A stretch of DNA of 32,000 nucleotides, from assembly GCF_000015945.1 (NCBI RefSeq), contig NC_009033.1, positions 1,230,001-1,262,000 of the forward strand, given 5' to 3'. A model generated the notes under the pieces. The model was not told where the DNA came from and did no database searches. It worked only from the letters and a program-made list of their open reading frames with translations. The DNA comes from Staphylothermus marinus F1. Its GTDB lineage: Archaea; Thermoproteota; Thermoprotei_A; Sulfolobales; Desulfurococcaceae. Numbering within the stretch: the first letter of the stretch is position 1; the number at the start of each line of letters is the position of its first letter. Shown piece after piece: positions 8,863 to 17,399 of this stretch. Position numbers and translations under genes: made by a program.

Positions 8863-9645
8863 GTGTCAACATTAGGAATTGGCTCAAGAGGTATCGGCTG
8901 GTTTGGGCGCTTATTTGGCTTCTTTAAGAGATCCAAAGATCCTGTTACTAGGAGCATATATGAAGCAATAGCTGTTCTAGATAAAATGATAAACTCTATA
9001 GAATCAACTAAGAAGAGCCTCGAATCAGTTCATGAAGATCATAGCCGTAGAGCTAAGTTGTTTGCAAGCGAGGGGAGAAAACAATACGAGGATATATTTA
9101 TTGAGGAACTTAAGCACATAGCAGGATTAATATCTATGTTCGACAAGGTTCAATATGATCTAATGAGAGTTAGATACAGGTTGGAAACGCTAACACTAGT
9201 AGAGGAACCAATTAGATTACTCCCTGAAGTTATACAAGAACTACAATCATTAAAGCCTGAAGTAGAGAAGATCGCTCCAGAATTATCGACAATGCTGATG
9301 GAGGTAGAAAGAAAAGTTACAAGTATCATTGCTTCATCAAATATCTCCAGTATCGCAGGTGTTGTAGGATATAAAGATAACATACAAGTAGATGATAAAA
9401 ATGCGCCTGAAAAACTACCTATTCCACCTCTACCACCGGAAAACCAACCAGAACCTAGCGCTGTCCAGGAATATAACTTAGTACCATTGGCAATTGTGAA
9501 GAAATGGATACTTGACGAAATAAGGACTAGTGGAGGGGTATTCGTTATAAAAGATTTCATTAAGAAATACAAAGTTCCAAAGCATCTAGTCTATGACGCT
9601 CTAAGAAAGCTAGAGGAAGAAGGCCGTATTAGGTTAAGACATTAA
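8863..9645 (+). CDS. cdvB: Cell division protein CdvB (ESCRT-III/Snf7-like with C-terminal winged helix)
   Basis: A helical ESCRT-III-like core is followed by a Pro-rich MIM2-like segment (LPIPPLPPENQPEP). The C-terminal winged-helix-like domain reads VFVIKDFIKKYKVPKHLVYDALRKLEEEGRIRL. The start codon is GTG and the gene sits between cdvA and vps4. Confidence 0.85.
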   Translation: MSTLGIGSRGIGWFGRLFGFFKRSKDPVTRSIYEAIAVLDKMINSIESTKKSLESVHEDHSRRAKLFASEGRKQYEDIFIEELKHIAGLISMFDKVQYDLMRVRYRLETLTLVEEPIRLLPEVIQELQSLKPEVEKIAPELSTMLMEVERKVTSIIASSNISSIAGVVGYKDNIQVDDKNAPEKLPIPPLPPENQPEPSAVQEYNLVPLAIVKKWILDEIRTSGGVFVIKDFIKKYKVPKHLVYDALRKLEEEGRIRLRH

Positions 9646-9695
9646 ACATAAAAATTTTCTTTTATCTCCCGGGCCTATATGGAGGAGGTTTAGTC

Positions 9696-10835
9696 ATGAG
9701 TCTACAATACTTAATAGAAAAAGGCACAGAATATGCTCATAAAGCTGTTGCTGCTGATAAGAAAGGCGATTATGAAACCGCTATTAAATATTATAAAGCC
9801 GCCATAGATCTGTTCTTGAAATATTTAAGACTATACCCGGATAGCTCAATGTCAGATTTCTATCGTGGATTAATAATTAAGTATAAGTCTCGCGTAAAAG
9901 TATTGGAGAAACATATAGAAAAGATAGGTATAGGAGGAGACGGAAAAAGATCTGGGGCAGAGGATATCGAAGTATTATCGCCGAATATGAGAGTTAATAA
10001 GAAGACTTTTAAAGATATAGTTGACTTGGAGAAAGTAAAGAGAGCATTAAAAAGAGCCGTTATATATCCTGTTAAGAACCCAAAACTATATCCATTGGGA
10101 TGGCCCAAAGGAATACTTCTCTTCGGCCCCCCTGGATGTGGTAAAACTCTTATAGCATACGCACTAGCCAATGAGATCAATGCCACACTTATAAATGTTA
10201 GCCCGGCAACGATAATGTCTAAATGGCTCGGCGAAGCAGAGAAGAATGTTGCAAAAGTCTTTCATAAGGCCCGGGAGATAGCAAGTAAGGGCAGTCCAGT
10301 AATAATATTTATCGATGAAGTCGACGGATTATTACAGGAATATGGTGAAGAAGTTGGCGGCGAAAAGAGAGTTAGAAACCAATTTCTAATGGAGATGGAT
10401 GGTTTAAAGGAAAAGGAAAACAATAAACTCCTAGTATTCGTTGTGGGGACAACAAATAAGCCATGGAAACTAGATATAGGGTTCATACGAAGATTTGAAA
10501 AAAGAATATATGTTCCACCACCCGATAAACGTGTACGTAAACAACTTTTCAAGTTCTATGTAGAACAATTGAAAGAAGCATATGAAATAGGAGAGATCGA
10601 CTATGATAAACTAGCAGAACTAACAGAAGGATATAGTTCAGCAGATATATACTCTATAGTCAAAGAAACACAATCAAATCTTGCTGAAGAGTTCCTAGAA
10701 AAGCATAATGGCGAAAAAATTAGACCTATTACAACAGAAGACTTCATAGAAGTGATAAAATCTAGAAAGCCAAGCATAGACAAAAACTTGCTACAAGCAT
10801 ACAAGGTCTGGGAAGAAAAACATGGAACATACTGA
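9696..10835 (+). CDS. cdvC: Cell division ATPase CdvC (Vps4-type AAA+ with N-terminal MIT domain)
   Basis: The N-terminus forms MIT-like helices (AVAADKKGDYETAIKYYKAAIDLFLKYL). Walker A is GPPGCGKT and Walker B is IIFIDEVD. A second region of homology (TNKPWKLDIGFIRRFEKRIYV) is present. A GGAGGAGG SD lies upstream. Confidence 0.92.
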   Translation: MSLQYLIEKGTEYAHKAVAADKKGDYETAIKYYKAAIDLFLKYLRLYPDSSMSDFYRGLIIKYKSRVKVLEKHIEKIGIGGDGKRSGAEDIEVLSPNMRVNKKTFKDIVDLEKVKRALKRAVIYPVKNPKLYPLGWPKGILLFGPPGCGKTLIAYALANEINATLINVSPATIMSKWLGEAEKNVAKVFHKAREIASKGSPVIIFIDEVDGLLQEYGEEVGGEKRVRNQFLMEMDGLKEKENNKLLVFVVGTTNKPWKLDIGFIRRFEKRIYVPPPDKRVRKQLFKFYVEQLKEAYEIGEIDYDKLAELTEGYSSADIYSIVKETQSNLAEEFLEKHNGEKIRPITTEDFIEVIKSRKPSIDKNLLQAYKVWEEKHGTY

Positions 10836-10882
10836 TCAAACCCCCTGTGAAGATAATAATGCTCTAAGACATTAATTGAATA

Positions 10883-10960
10883 ATGGGGCGATGAGGATAG
10901 TCATGCCCATGAAATAGCTTAAATGATTATTGCTCCGGGGTAGCCGAGCCCCCTACCCCT
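10883..10960. ncRNA. GC-rich structured element in the cdvC 3' flank (class and strand unknown)
   Basis: Hairpin 1 is GGGC-G-ATGA / TCAT-GCCC at 10886-10908. Hairpin 2 is GGGGTAG / CTACCCC at 10937-10959. The 12-mer at 10883-10894 is identical to 8847-8858 in the cdvB leader. Confidence 0.3.
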
Positions 10961-11056
10961 TCATCTATACAAATAAATAATTTCTTCCCATGTTCTTACA
11001 AACAAAATAAAACCCGGAAAATACATATACTATTTTCAGGTTTCAAGGTGGTATAA

Positions 11057-11863
11057 GTGTGTCCTGAACTAGTAATTAAGCGACCAAAAAGAACACTTAC
11101 ATATGAAAGACTAATTATACATGAATATTTCGATCCATACGAGGAACCAACACCTGAGTACCTGGTTCTAGGCTTACCTGATGCAGGACTCGTAGGTGCT
11201 ATCGCTTCACGCTACTTGGTTATAAACAAGAATTTGAAGCTTGTCGGAGAAATTGATTCACCAGCATATTTTCCGCCTGTTACAGTAATTCATAAATCTA
11301 CGCCTATGAGCCCTATACAAATGTATATGCCCAGTGATCGTAAATATCTAGTACTATTATCAGAAGCACCTATTCCAGCATCGGCAGTATATCCTTTATC
11401 ATTAGCTATACTGGAGTATTCGGGAGAAATAGGAATTAAACACATAATATCCATATCCGGAATAGCCGCTCCTAACAGGCTCCAAATAGAAAAACCACGT
11501 TCCTACTGGCTTGCCAGCACAGCTAGCTCGGCGGAACTACTTAAAGATAAGGGACTAGAAGAACTTAGAGAAGGATTCATTGTGGGTCCTTACGCTATTA
11601 TATTGAAAGAAGCTAGAAGAAGAGGAATAAACAATCTTGTAATATTTGTAGAATCCTTCTTTGACTTACCTGACCCTGAATCTGCTGCTGAAGCATTAAA
11701 GATTCTGTCACAGATCATCAATGTAGATATAGATGTAAGTAAACTGTTAGAAGAAGCAGAGCTAATAAAGCTCCAGACAAGAGAGTTGATGAGACAAACT
11801 AGGAAATCTATGTCTGAAATGCAAAAGAAGTTCGAGATGCAAATGCCTCTCATGTATCAATAG
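11057..11863 (+). CDS. PAC2-family proteasome assembly chaperone (PbaA/PbaB-like)
   Basis: LVLGLPDAGLVGAIASRYLV, near the N-terminus, is typical of the PAC2 / COG1938 family; this is recognised from memory and no search was run. The C-terminus ends ...PLMYQ, a hydrophobic-Tyr-X (HbYX) motif. The start is GTG with an AGGTGG SD. Confidence 0.6.
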   Translation: MCPELVIKRPKRTLTYERLIIHEYFDPYEEPTPEYLVLGLPDAGLVGAIASRYLVINKNLKLVGEIDSPAYFPPVTVIHKSTPMSPIQMYMPSDRKYLVLLSEAPIPASAVYPLSLAILEYSGEIGIKHIISISGIAAPNRLQIEKPRSYWLASTASSAELLKDKGLEELREGFIVGPYAIILKEARRRGINNLVIFVESFFDLPDPESAAEALKILSQIINVDIDVSKLLEEAELIKLQTRELMRQTRKSMSEMQKKFEMQMPLMYQ

Positions 11864-11875
11864 GGGGTGATAAAT

Positions 11876-12286
11876 ATGGGGTTTGAAGACTTATTTGAAA
11901 GGTTTCGTAAAAAGATGAGAGAATTATTTGAGGAGTTCGAAAAAGAGTTTGAAACAGCTGAGTCGATGTGGTCTGCTAATGGTATGCTTGAGCCTCTTAT
12001 AACTATGGAGAAATATCCTGATAGATATGAAATATTAGTAGATCTACCATATGCTGACTTAAGCGCTTTATCTATCAAAGTAAAGAACCATGTATTAGTA
12101 ATTGACTGTGAATTGAAAAGGGAGATAAGATTCGATAGATGGTCAACATATAGAGAGGTAAGATTTAGAAGATATCATACATCCATCAAACTACCCTATG
12201 ATAGTGATCCCTCAAATCTAAAAGTAGAAAAGGATTCTGCTAAAGGCATTATAAGAATAATAATTCCAAGAATAACTAGCTACTAA
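11876..12286 (+). CDS. Small heat shock protein (Hsp20/alpha-crystallin family)
   Basis: The alpha-crystallin-like core reads YEILVDLPYADLSALSIKVKNHVLVIDCE...FRRYHTSIKLPYDSDPSNLKVEKDSAKGIIRIIIPR. ATG 11876 has a GGGGGTGA SD spanning the upstream stop. The ORF track start at 11867 (GTG) is possible. Confidence 0.65.
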   Translation: MGFEDLFERFRKKMRELFEEFEKEFETAESMWSANGMLEPLITMEKYPDRYEILVDLPYADLSALSIKVKNHVLVIDCELKREIRFDRWSTYREVRFRRYHTSIKLPYDSDPSNLKVEKDSAKGIIRIIIPRITSY

Positions 12287-12318
12287 TAAGGTGCCTTAAT
12301 AAGAATTATCTATGTTTA

Positions 12319-13500
12319 TTATCCTTTCACATGAATTTCAACAATATCTCCATCCATAACTATATGATCTAGCCCTGCCCTCTCACCAGGATACTTTGCA
12401 GAAGGACCCCATATTTTAGCATATTTAAATTTTTTAACAAAATCCTTATGGATTGAACGTGCCACATCATATATTGTTGCTCCTTCTCTAAGTATTAAGG
12501 GTTTATCAGCTATAGGTCCATTTGGTTGTTTCGTATACACTCGTATTATTCCTAGTAGTTTAAATAATATTTCGCCGAGTTGTTCGAAACCTTTATTCAG
12601 CTTAGCTGATCCAATTATTATTGGAGCACTTGGATCTAGTTTATGTATTTCATATGCTTTTACTTTTGCTTTTTCAATATTGAGATCAGCTTTGTTAATC
12701 ACTATAACACTTGGCTTATAAACTTTGCTTTCAAACAATGCTTGCTCAACATCGTCAAGAGTCACTATACCATAGATTTTTATGTGGGCATTATAGACTC
12801 TATAGCTTTCCATTATTTTTCGAACATCGTCTATTGTTCCGTCAATTATCTTTCCCATAAGTGTTACTCTAATACCTGTCTTGCCCGCTCTTTCTTTCTC
12901 GATAACAACTCTACCTTGTGGTTTATATAGAAGAATTCCTGATTTTTCAAGTTCCGATTTTATCAATAAATAATCTTTTAATGGATCATTCTCATTGTTC
13001 AAAACTATAATTACTGCGTCACTATTTCTCACTAATCCTATAACTCTATTATTCCAAGGCCCGCCTCCCGGTCGGAGCGGAGGAGTATCAACGAGTTGAA
13101 AATAAATATCCTGATACCTAAGCATTCCTGGGACAGGTCTATTTGTTGAAAAGGGATAATCAGCTATTCTAGTTCTTGTACCAGTTAATTGCTTAACTAG
13201 TGTGCTCTTACCAGAGTTAGGAAGTCCGATAACAACTATTTGAGCAGCTCCTTCCTTCTCGACAAAGAAAGATACTCCTCTTCCTCCCCTCTTTCTCTTT
13301 CTCTCTTCTAATTCCTCTCTTAGTTCAGCTAATCTTCTAGTAGCCCATAGGCGTAGATTAGCTGTTCCCTTATGTTTAGGGACAGCAGATAAGAATTCTT
13401 CTAGAGCTCTTATTTTCTCCTCAATAGTTCTAGCTTCCATAACCTTTATCCATTTAGCTCTAGCTTCAGCCGGAAGATTCGTCACCATCTCTTCCAACAC
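12319..13500 (-). CDS. DRG/Obg-family GTPase with C-terminal TGS domain
   Basis: G1 is GLPNSGKST, G3 is LVDTPP and G4 is INKAD. The C-terminal TGS-like region reads ATIYDVARSIHKDFVKKFKYAKIWG...GDIVEI. The start overlaps the RNase HII 3' end. Confidence 0.85.
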   Translation of the reverse strand: MLEEMVTNLPAEARAKWIKVMEARTIEEKIRALEEFLSAVPKHKGTANLRLWATRRLAELREELEERKRKRGGRGVSFFVEKEGAAQIVVIGLPNSGKSTLVKQLTGTRTRIADYPFSTNRPVPGMLRYQDIYFQLVDTPPLRPGGGPWNNRVIGLVRNSDAVIIVLNNENDPLKDYLLIKSELEKSGILLYKPQGRVVIEKERAGKTGIRVTLMGKIIDGTIDDVRKIMESYRVYNAHIKIYGIVTLDDVEQALFESKVYKPSVIVINKADLNIEKAKVKAYEIHKLDPSAPIIIGSAKLNKGFEQLGEILFKLLGIIRVYTKQPNGPIADKPLILREGATIYDVARSIHKDFVKKFKYAKIWGPSAKYPGERAGLDHIVMDGDIVEIHVKG

Positions 13501-14200
13501 CTAGATAGTTTAGAATGCTTTGCGTCTTCTTATTTTTTAAATTGCTATACCATTTGGGTGCATATTTTCTTAGAGTGGACCATGTTCTTCTAATAATTAA
13601 TGGGGGTTCATTTTCTTCATTGTATGTTTTTGTGAGCCACTTAATTGTAATTTTATCCGAGGGGTATCCTGAGCCAAAGTTTCCATAGATTTTTTTAAGG
13701 AAATCTATATTTTTGTCTCTAATGGTTTTTGCTAGAATACTGGCGGCTGAAACCACAGGGTATTTTTGATCAGCATTTGGCTCCATAACATATTCTTCTA
13801 TGTTATTAATATATTTGGATAAATTAGTTAAAATATAGTTTTTATAACCTTTGATCTCATCAATGTAAATACTAACCGTTCTATAATGGTTTATTATCTG
13901 TGAAAGCATCCTCAATGCTATTATTATTTTTTCAGCAATAATCTTGTTGATATTATATGAGTCGATCATTTCCGGCGATATATAAATGATTGAAACATTA
14001 TCCGCTAATTTGAGTATTTTCTTTGCCATGATTAGTCTAGTGTGTCTTGTTAATTGTTTACTATCCCTTACACCAATACTAATTAAATTCTTTATCTTAT
14101 CTCTGTTTATCATTAGTACGGCTATAACTAAATCTCCAATAAGAGGGCCTCGGCCTGCTTCATCAATACCTATACTTAGTGCATGTATATTCTTACCCAT
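13466..14200 (-). CDS. rnhB: Ribonuclease HII
   Basis: IGIDEAGRGPLIGDLVIA (catalytic D, E), YIDEIKG, VVSAASILAK and GSGYPSD are present. A PIP-box-like QSILNYL lies near the C-terminus (13502-13522), but its spacing is imperfect. Confidence 0.9.
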   Translation of the reverse strand: MGKNIHALSIGIDEAGRGPLIGDLVIAVLMINRDKIKNLISIGVRDSKQLTRHTRLIMAKKILKLADNVSIIYISPEMIDSYNINKIIAEKIIIALRMLSQIINHYRTVSIYIDEIKGYKNYILTNLSKYINNIEEYVMEPNADQKYPVVSAASILAKTIRDKNIDFLKKIYGNFGSGYPSDKITIKWLTKTYNEENEPPLIIRRTWSTLRKYAPKWYSNLKNKKTQSILNYLGVGRDGDESSG

Positions 14201-15042
14201 GTTCTCTGACCATCAATAATTTTTAGTATTTCCTCTAAGGTAGCCTTGGTTTTTCTTGAGCGAAACATTTCATAGACAATATATTTAGGCTTTAACTTGT
14301 TAAGTATTTTGAGAATTTTCTTAAAATCTAGTTTTCCCTCACCAATTAAGAGATGTTCATGTGTTTTCCCATCTGTATCATGTAAATGAACGGTTGGTAT
14401 CTGTGTATCGTTCAATATAGTAATTACCTCCTTTAAATACTCATAGAAATCGGTATATACGCCACTTAGTTCTCTGAAATATCTCATAGCTAAATGACCA
14501 ACATCTAGACATAATCCTATATTATACTTGTCTAGTCCTAGAACTATTTCTCTCAAATAACTAGGCTCAGAACCGAATCCTCTACTTAGATTCTCTAACA
14601 GTATAGTTGTATTTTTATTAATCAATTCTCTGAGGAAATTCATTCTCTTTTGCGTTTTAGATACTATATCTTTTCTATTACTAAGAATATCTATTTTCTG
14701 CATGGTTAATGGGTGAAATACTATATATGTTTCGTATGGTAACCTATTAAGTATTGGATTCAATATTTGCGACAATAATTTTACTATGTGCTCTCCTAAA
14801 TAATCATATGGTGTTGCTAATGGTATGTCTCTCCATGGTGCATGTAGACTGATCTTTATATCATAATTAATAACTTCACTTATAAGATTATTTAATAAAT
14901 CCATCTCTTTATATGGCCACGGATAATCTATGGATACTTCGATTAGATCTATTTTATAGGTTGAGATAAGATTTATTACTTCTTCAATACTATGGTCTAT
15001 GAAACTACCTATCCATATAGGTATACCTATTCTAATACTCAT
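14176..15042 (-). CDS. Xylose isomerase-like TIM barrel / AP endonuclease family 2 protein (Endo IV-like metal ligand pattern)
   Basis: An ordered ligand-like series is present: LHAPW, VFHPL, LLENL, LCLDVGHL, VHLHDTDGKTHEHLLIGEGKLDF, IVYEMF. The family also contains sugar isomerases and epimerases, so substrate is not assigned. Confidence 0.6.
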   Translation of the reverse strand: MSIRIGIPIWIGSFIDHSIEEVINLISTYKIDLIEVSIDYPWPYKEMDLLNNLISEVINYDIKISLHAPWRDIPLATPYDYLGEHIVKLLSQILNPILNRLPYETYIVFHPLTMQKIDILSNRKDIVSKTQKRMNFLRELINKNTTILLENLSRGFGSEPSYLREIVLGLDKYNIGLCLDVGHLAMRYFRELSGVYTDFYEYLKEVITILNDTQIPTVHLHDTDGKTHEHLLIGEGKLDFKKILKILNKLKPKYIVYEMFRSRKTKATLEEILKIIDGQRTWVRIYMH

Positions 15043-15048
15043 GTATAA

Positions 15049-15384
15049 TCACTCTATCACACATTTCCTAACAATTGCATGACTAAACTTAATTATTCTC
15101 TTAAGTTCTTTGAAGTAATCAATTGGATCACAATCTATGACTATGTCCGGCGATATTTGCGAAAATAGTCTAAGAGCATTTTCTTCTGTTCGAAACTTTA
15201 ATACAATAATATTTATTTTATCAATGATATTTTTGTCTAGAACTTTTGTTAAATTCTTAATTAATTCTTTACTAGTAATTATAAACAACTCATTATTGTC
15301 TAGGCATTTTTTAACAATACTGCCAACAGCATCTATGAGTCGACGACTGCTAATAAGAAAAGCTATTCTCATCCATATAATCAT
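15049..15384 (-). CDS. Hypothetical protein (111 aa), first gene of the 15384-12319 gene chain
   Basis: The composition is protein-like. The gap to the next gene is 6 nt. A TATA-like element lies about 26-31 nt upstream of the ATG, consistent with a leaderless mRNA. No family is recognised. Confidence 0.5.
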   Translation of the reverse strand: MIIWMRIAFLISSRRLIDAVGSIVKKCLDNNELFIITSKELIKNLTKVLDKNIIDKINIIVLKFRTEENALRLFSQISPDIVIDCDPIDYFKELKRIIKFSHAIVRKCVIE

Positions 15385-15409
15385 CTCCTGCTTCTCCCAT
15401 AATAACTTA

Positions 15410-15428
15410 TTAAAACGTAACGTTTTAA
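15410..15428. promoter_or_regulatory. Perfect 9-1-9 palindrome TTAAAACGT-A-ACGTTTTAA in a divergent promoter region (back-to-back TATA-like elements or operator)
   Basis: Read directly from the sequence. It lies between the divergent starts at 15384 (-) and 15481 (+). Confidence 0.4.
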
Positions 15429-15480
15429 AATTGGATGAACTACCGCTAATTATGGAGAAAAATAATTAAGGGAGGGTTCA

Positions 15481-15861
15481 ATGCCTGTCCCCCAAGAATT
15501 AATAGATTTATTGAAAGAGCACGAGCTGGAGGTTAAGAAGAGGAAGGGAAGAATTATTGCCACGCACTCCGAACTACCTGTTTCACTTGTTATTAGATTA
15601 AGTGGGTCAACAGCTATAGTAGAATTAGAAGCGGAAGAAGAGCTAAGAGACGTTATGAGCGATCTTATCGAGTCAGGCGAAGACCTAGAATCCATTGTAG
15701 AAGATGTATTGAGCGAGATGAGAGATATCGCAGTTGATGTATCAAGACTCCTTAGCGATAAGGGATTCAAAGTTGAGCTGAGATTAAGAGAGGGAGAAAA
15801 CGACGTAAGAGATGCAATGGAAGAAATACTCGAGGAATATGCTGAATTCGAAGAAGAATAA
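15481..15861 (+). CDS. Hypothetical strongly acidic protein (126 aa)
   Basis: A GGGAGGG SD lies 5 nt upstream of the ATG. The gene has higher GC than its surroundings and ends in an acidic tail (EYAEFEEE). No family is recognised. Confidence 0.6.
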   Translation: MPVPQELIDLLKEHELEVKKRKGRIIATHSELPVSLVIRLSGSTAIVELEAEEELRDVMSDLIESGEDLESIVEDVLSEMRDIAVDVSRLLSDKGFKVELRLREGENDVRDAMEEILEEYAEFEEE

Positions 15862-16025
15862 TCCCTTATAAAAAATATTTTATTTAGTTAATCATATCGT
15901 TATCTGTAGGTATTCGTTATTTTCGTTTCTATAGAGTTATTTTTACAAAAATACATTAACTATTAGAGATATAAATCTTAGATTGGATATGAATATCGAG
16001 TATTTAATTAACTAGGGTGATTATT

Positions 16026-17399
16026 ATGGGTAGATTATTTGGTACGGATGGTGTTAGAGGAATTATAAACGAAGAGTTAACTCCTGAGCTCGCATTAAAG
16101 CTTGGAATGGCTATAGGCACATTTTTTGGTGAGGGATCAAAGATTCTTGTGGGTAGAGACGTCCGTGCAGGTGGATACATGATAAAATCAGCTGTTATAG
16201 CCGGCTTATTATCTGCTGGCGTAAAAGTTTATGATGGAGAACTAGCTCCAACACCTGCTTTACAGTATGCTGTTAAAACACAAGATTTTGATGGTGGAGT
16301 TATAATAACTGCTAGCCATAACCCTTCTAAATATAATGGAATCAAAGTCGTAGCTGCTGACGGAATAGAGGTTCCACGTGAGAAAGAGCTTGAGATCGAG
16401 GAGATATATTTTAGTCAGAGATTCAGGAGAGTTCCATGGAGACAACTAATATATGATGCTAAACCTTATCCCTATGTAAACGATATATATGTTAAAGGAG
16501 TTATTGAAAAAGTAGATAAGGATCTAATACGTAGTAAGGGATTCAAAATAGTTATAGATCCAGCTAATAGTGTTGGAGCATTAACATCGCCTAGGATTGC
16601 AAGAGAGCTTGGAGTTAAAGTTTATACGGTTAACGGACATTTAGATCCTACTTTTCCGGGAAGAGAGCCTGAACCTATACCTGAGCATCTAGGCGAAACA
16701 GCTAGAACTGTTGTTAGTATTGGTGCGGTTTTAGGCGTTGCACATGATGGAGATGCTGATCGAGCTATATTTATTGATGACAAGGGTAGGGTGCAATGGG
16801 GTGATCGTACAGCAACGATCCTTGCCAGGTATCTTGTTGAAAAACACCCTGAACTACCCAGAAAGGTGTATACGGCGGTTTCATCCAGCACTATCATCGA
16901 AGAAATACTAAAACCGCTCGGCATAGAAGTAGTGTGGTTAAAGGTTGGAAGCGTTGATATTTCGAGAACAATGCAGAGAAACAATGATGCTCTCTGCGGA
17001 TTCGAAGAAAATGGTGGATTCATGTATCCACCACATCAACTAGTTAGAGATGGAGGCATGACTCTAGCCCTCATGCTGGAAATGATTGCGAAAGAGAACA
17101 GAAAGCTTTCAGAAATATATGATGATCTCCCACAATACCACTTGATAAAAACCAAGATACCAATGACAAGAGATAAAGCATTACTCGTTGTTGAACAAGT
17201 TAAAGAATACTTTAAGAACTATAGACAAATAACTATTGACGGTGTAAAAGTTATATCAGATGACTTCTGGTTACTTGTGAGGCCTAGCGGCACAGAGCCT
17301 TTGCTAAGAATAATGTTAGAAGCAAAAACTAAGGAAAAAGCAGAAGAACTATTATCAATAGTTAAGAAAATCGCTGAAGAGGTGACAGGTAAGAAATGA
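16026..17399 (+). CDS. Phosphohexomutase (phosphoglucosamine / phosphomannomutase / phosphoglucomutase family)
   Basis: FGTDGVRG, the active-site loop TASHNPSKYNGIK (phospho-Ser), the metal site AHDGDADR, GFEENGG and the C-terminal VRPSGTEPLLRI are present. ATG 16026 is preferred over GTG 16017. Confidence 0.9.
   Translation: MGRLFGTDGVRGIINEELTPELALKLGMAIGTFFGEGSKILVGRDVRAGGYMIKSAVIAGLLSAGVKVYDGELAPTPALQYAVKTQDFDGGVIITASHNPSKYNGIKVVAADGIEVPREKELEIEEIYFSQRFRRVPWRQLIYDAKPYPYVNDIYVKGVIEKVDKDLIRSKGFKIVIDPANSVGALTSPRIARELGVKVYTVNGHLDPTFPGREPEPIPEHLGETARTVVSIGAVLGVAHDGDADRAIFIDDKGRVQWGDRTATILARYLVEKHPELPRKVYTAVSSSTIIEEILKPLGIEVVWLKVGSVDISRTMQRNNDALCGFEENGGFMYPPHQLVRDGGMTLALMLEMIAKENRKLSEIYDDLPQYHLIKTKIPMTRDKALLVVEQVKEYFKNYRQITIDGVKVISDDFWLLVRPSGTEPLLRIMLEAKTKEKAEELLSIVKKIAEEVTGKK

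Noticed and set aside
8187-10804. Antisense ORFs inside cdvA, cdvB and cdvC (8187-8477, 9150-9572, 9860-10186, 10262-10552, 10601-10804)
   Set aside because: The same reasoning applies. They are opposite well-supported genes, Ser/Leu-rich, and have no start signals.
10931-10960. tRNA-like 5' fragment (GGGGTAGCCGAGCC resembles an acceptor/D-arm of a class II tRNA)
   Set aside because: I could find no anticodon arm, no GTTCRAATC-type T-arm and no complementary 3' acceptor strand within about 150 nt on either strand. The stretch is better explained as a simple 7-bp hairpin.
15137-15770. ORFs 15137-15469 (+) and 15450-15770 (-) opposite the 111-aa and acidic-protein genes
   Set aside because: The partner-strand ORFs have SD or TATA signals and protein-like composition. 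These two are Ser/Leu/Ile-rich antisense frames.
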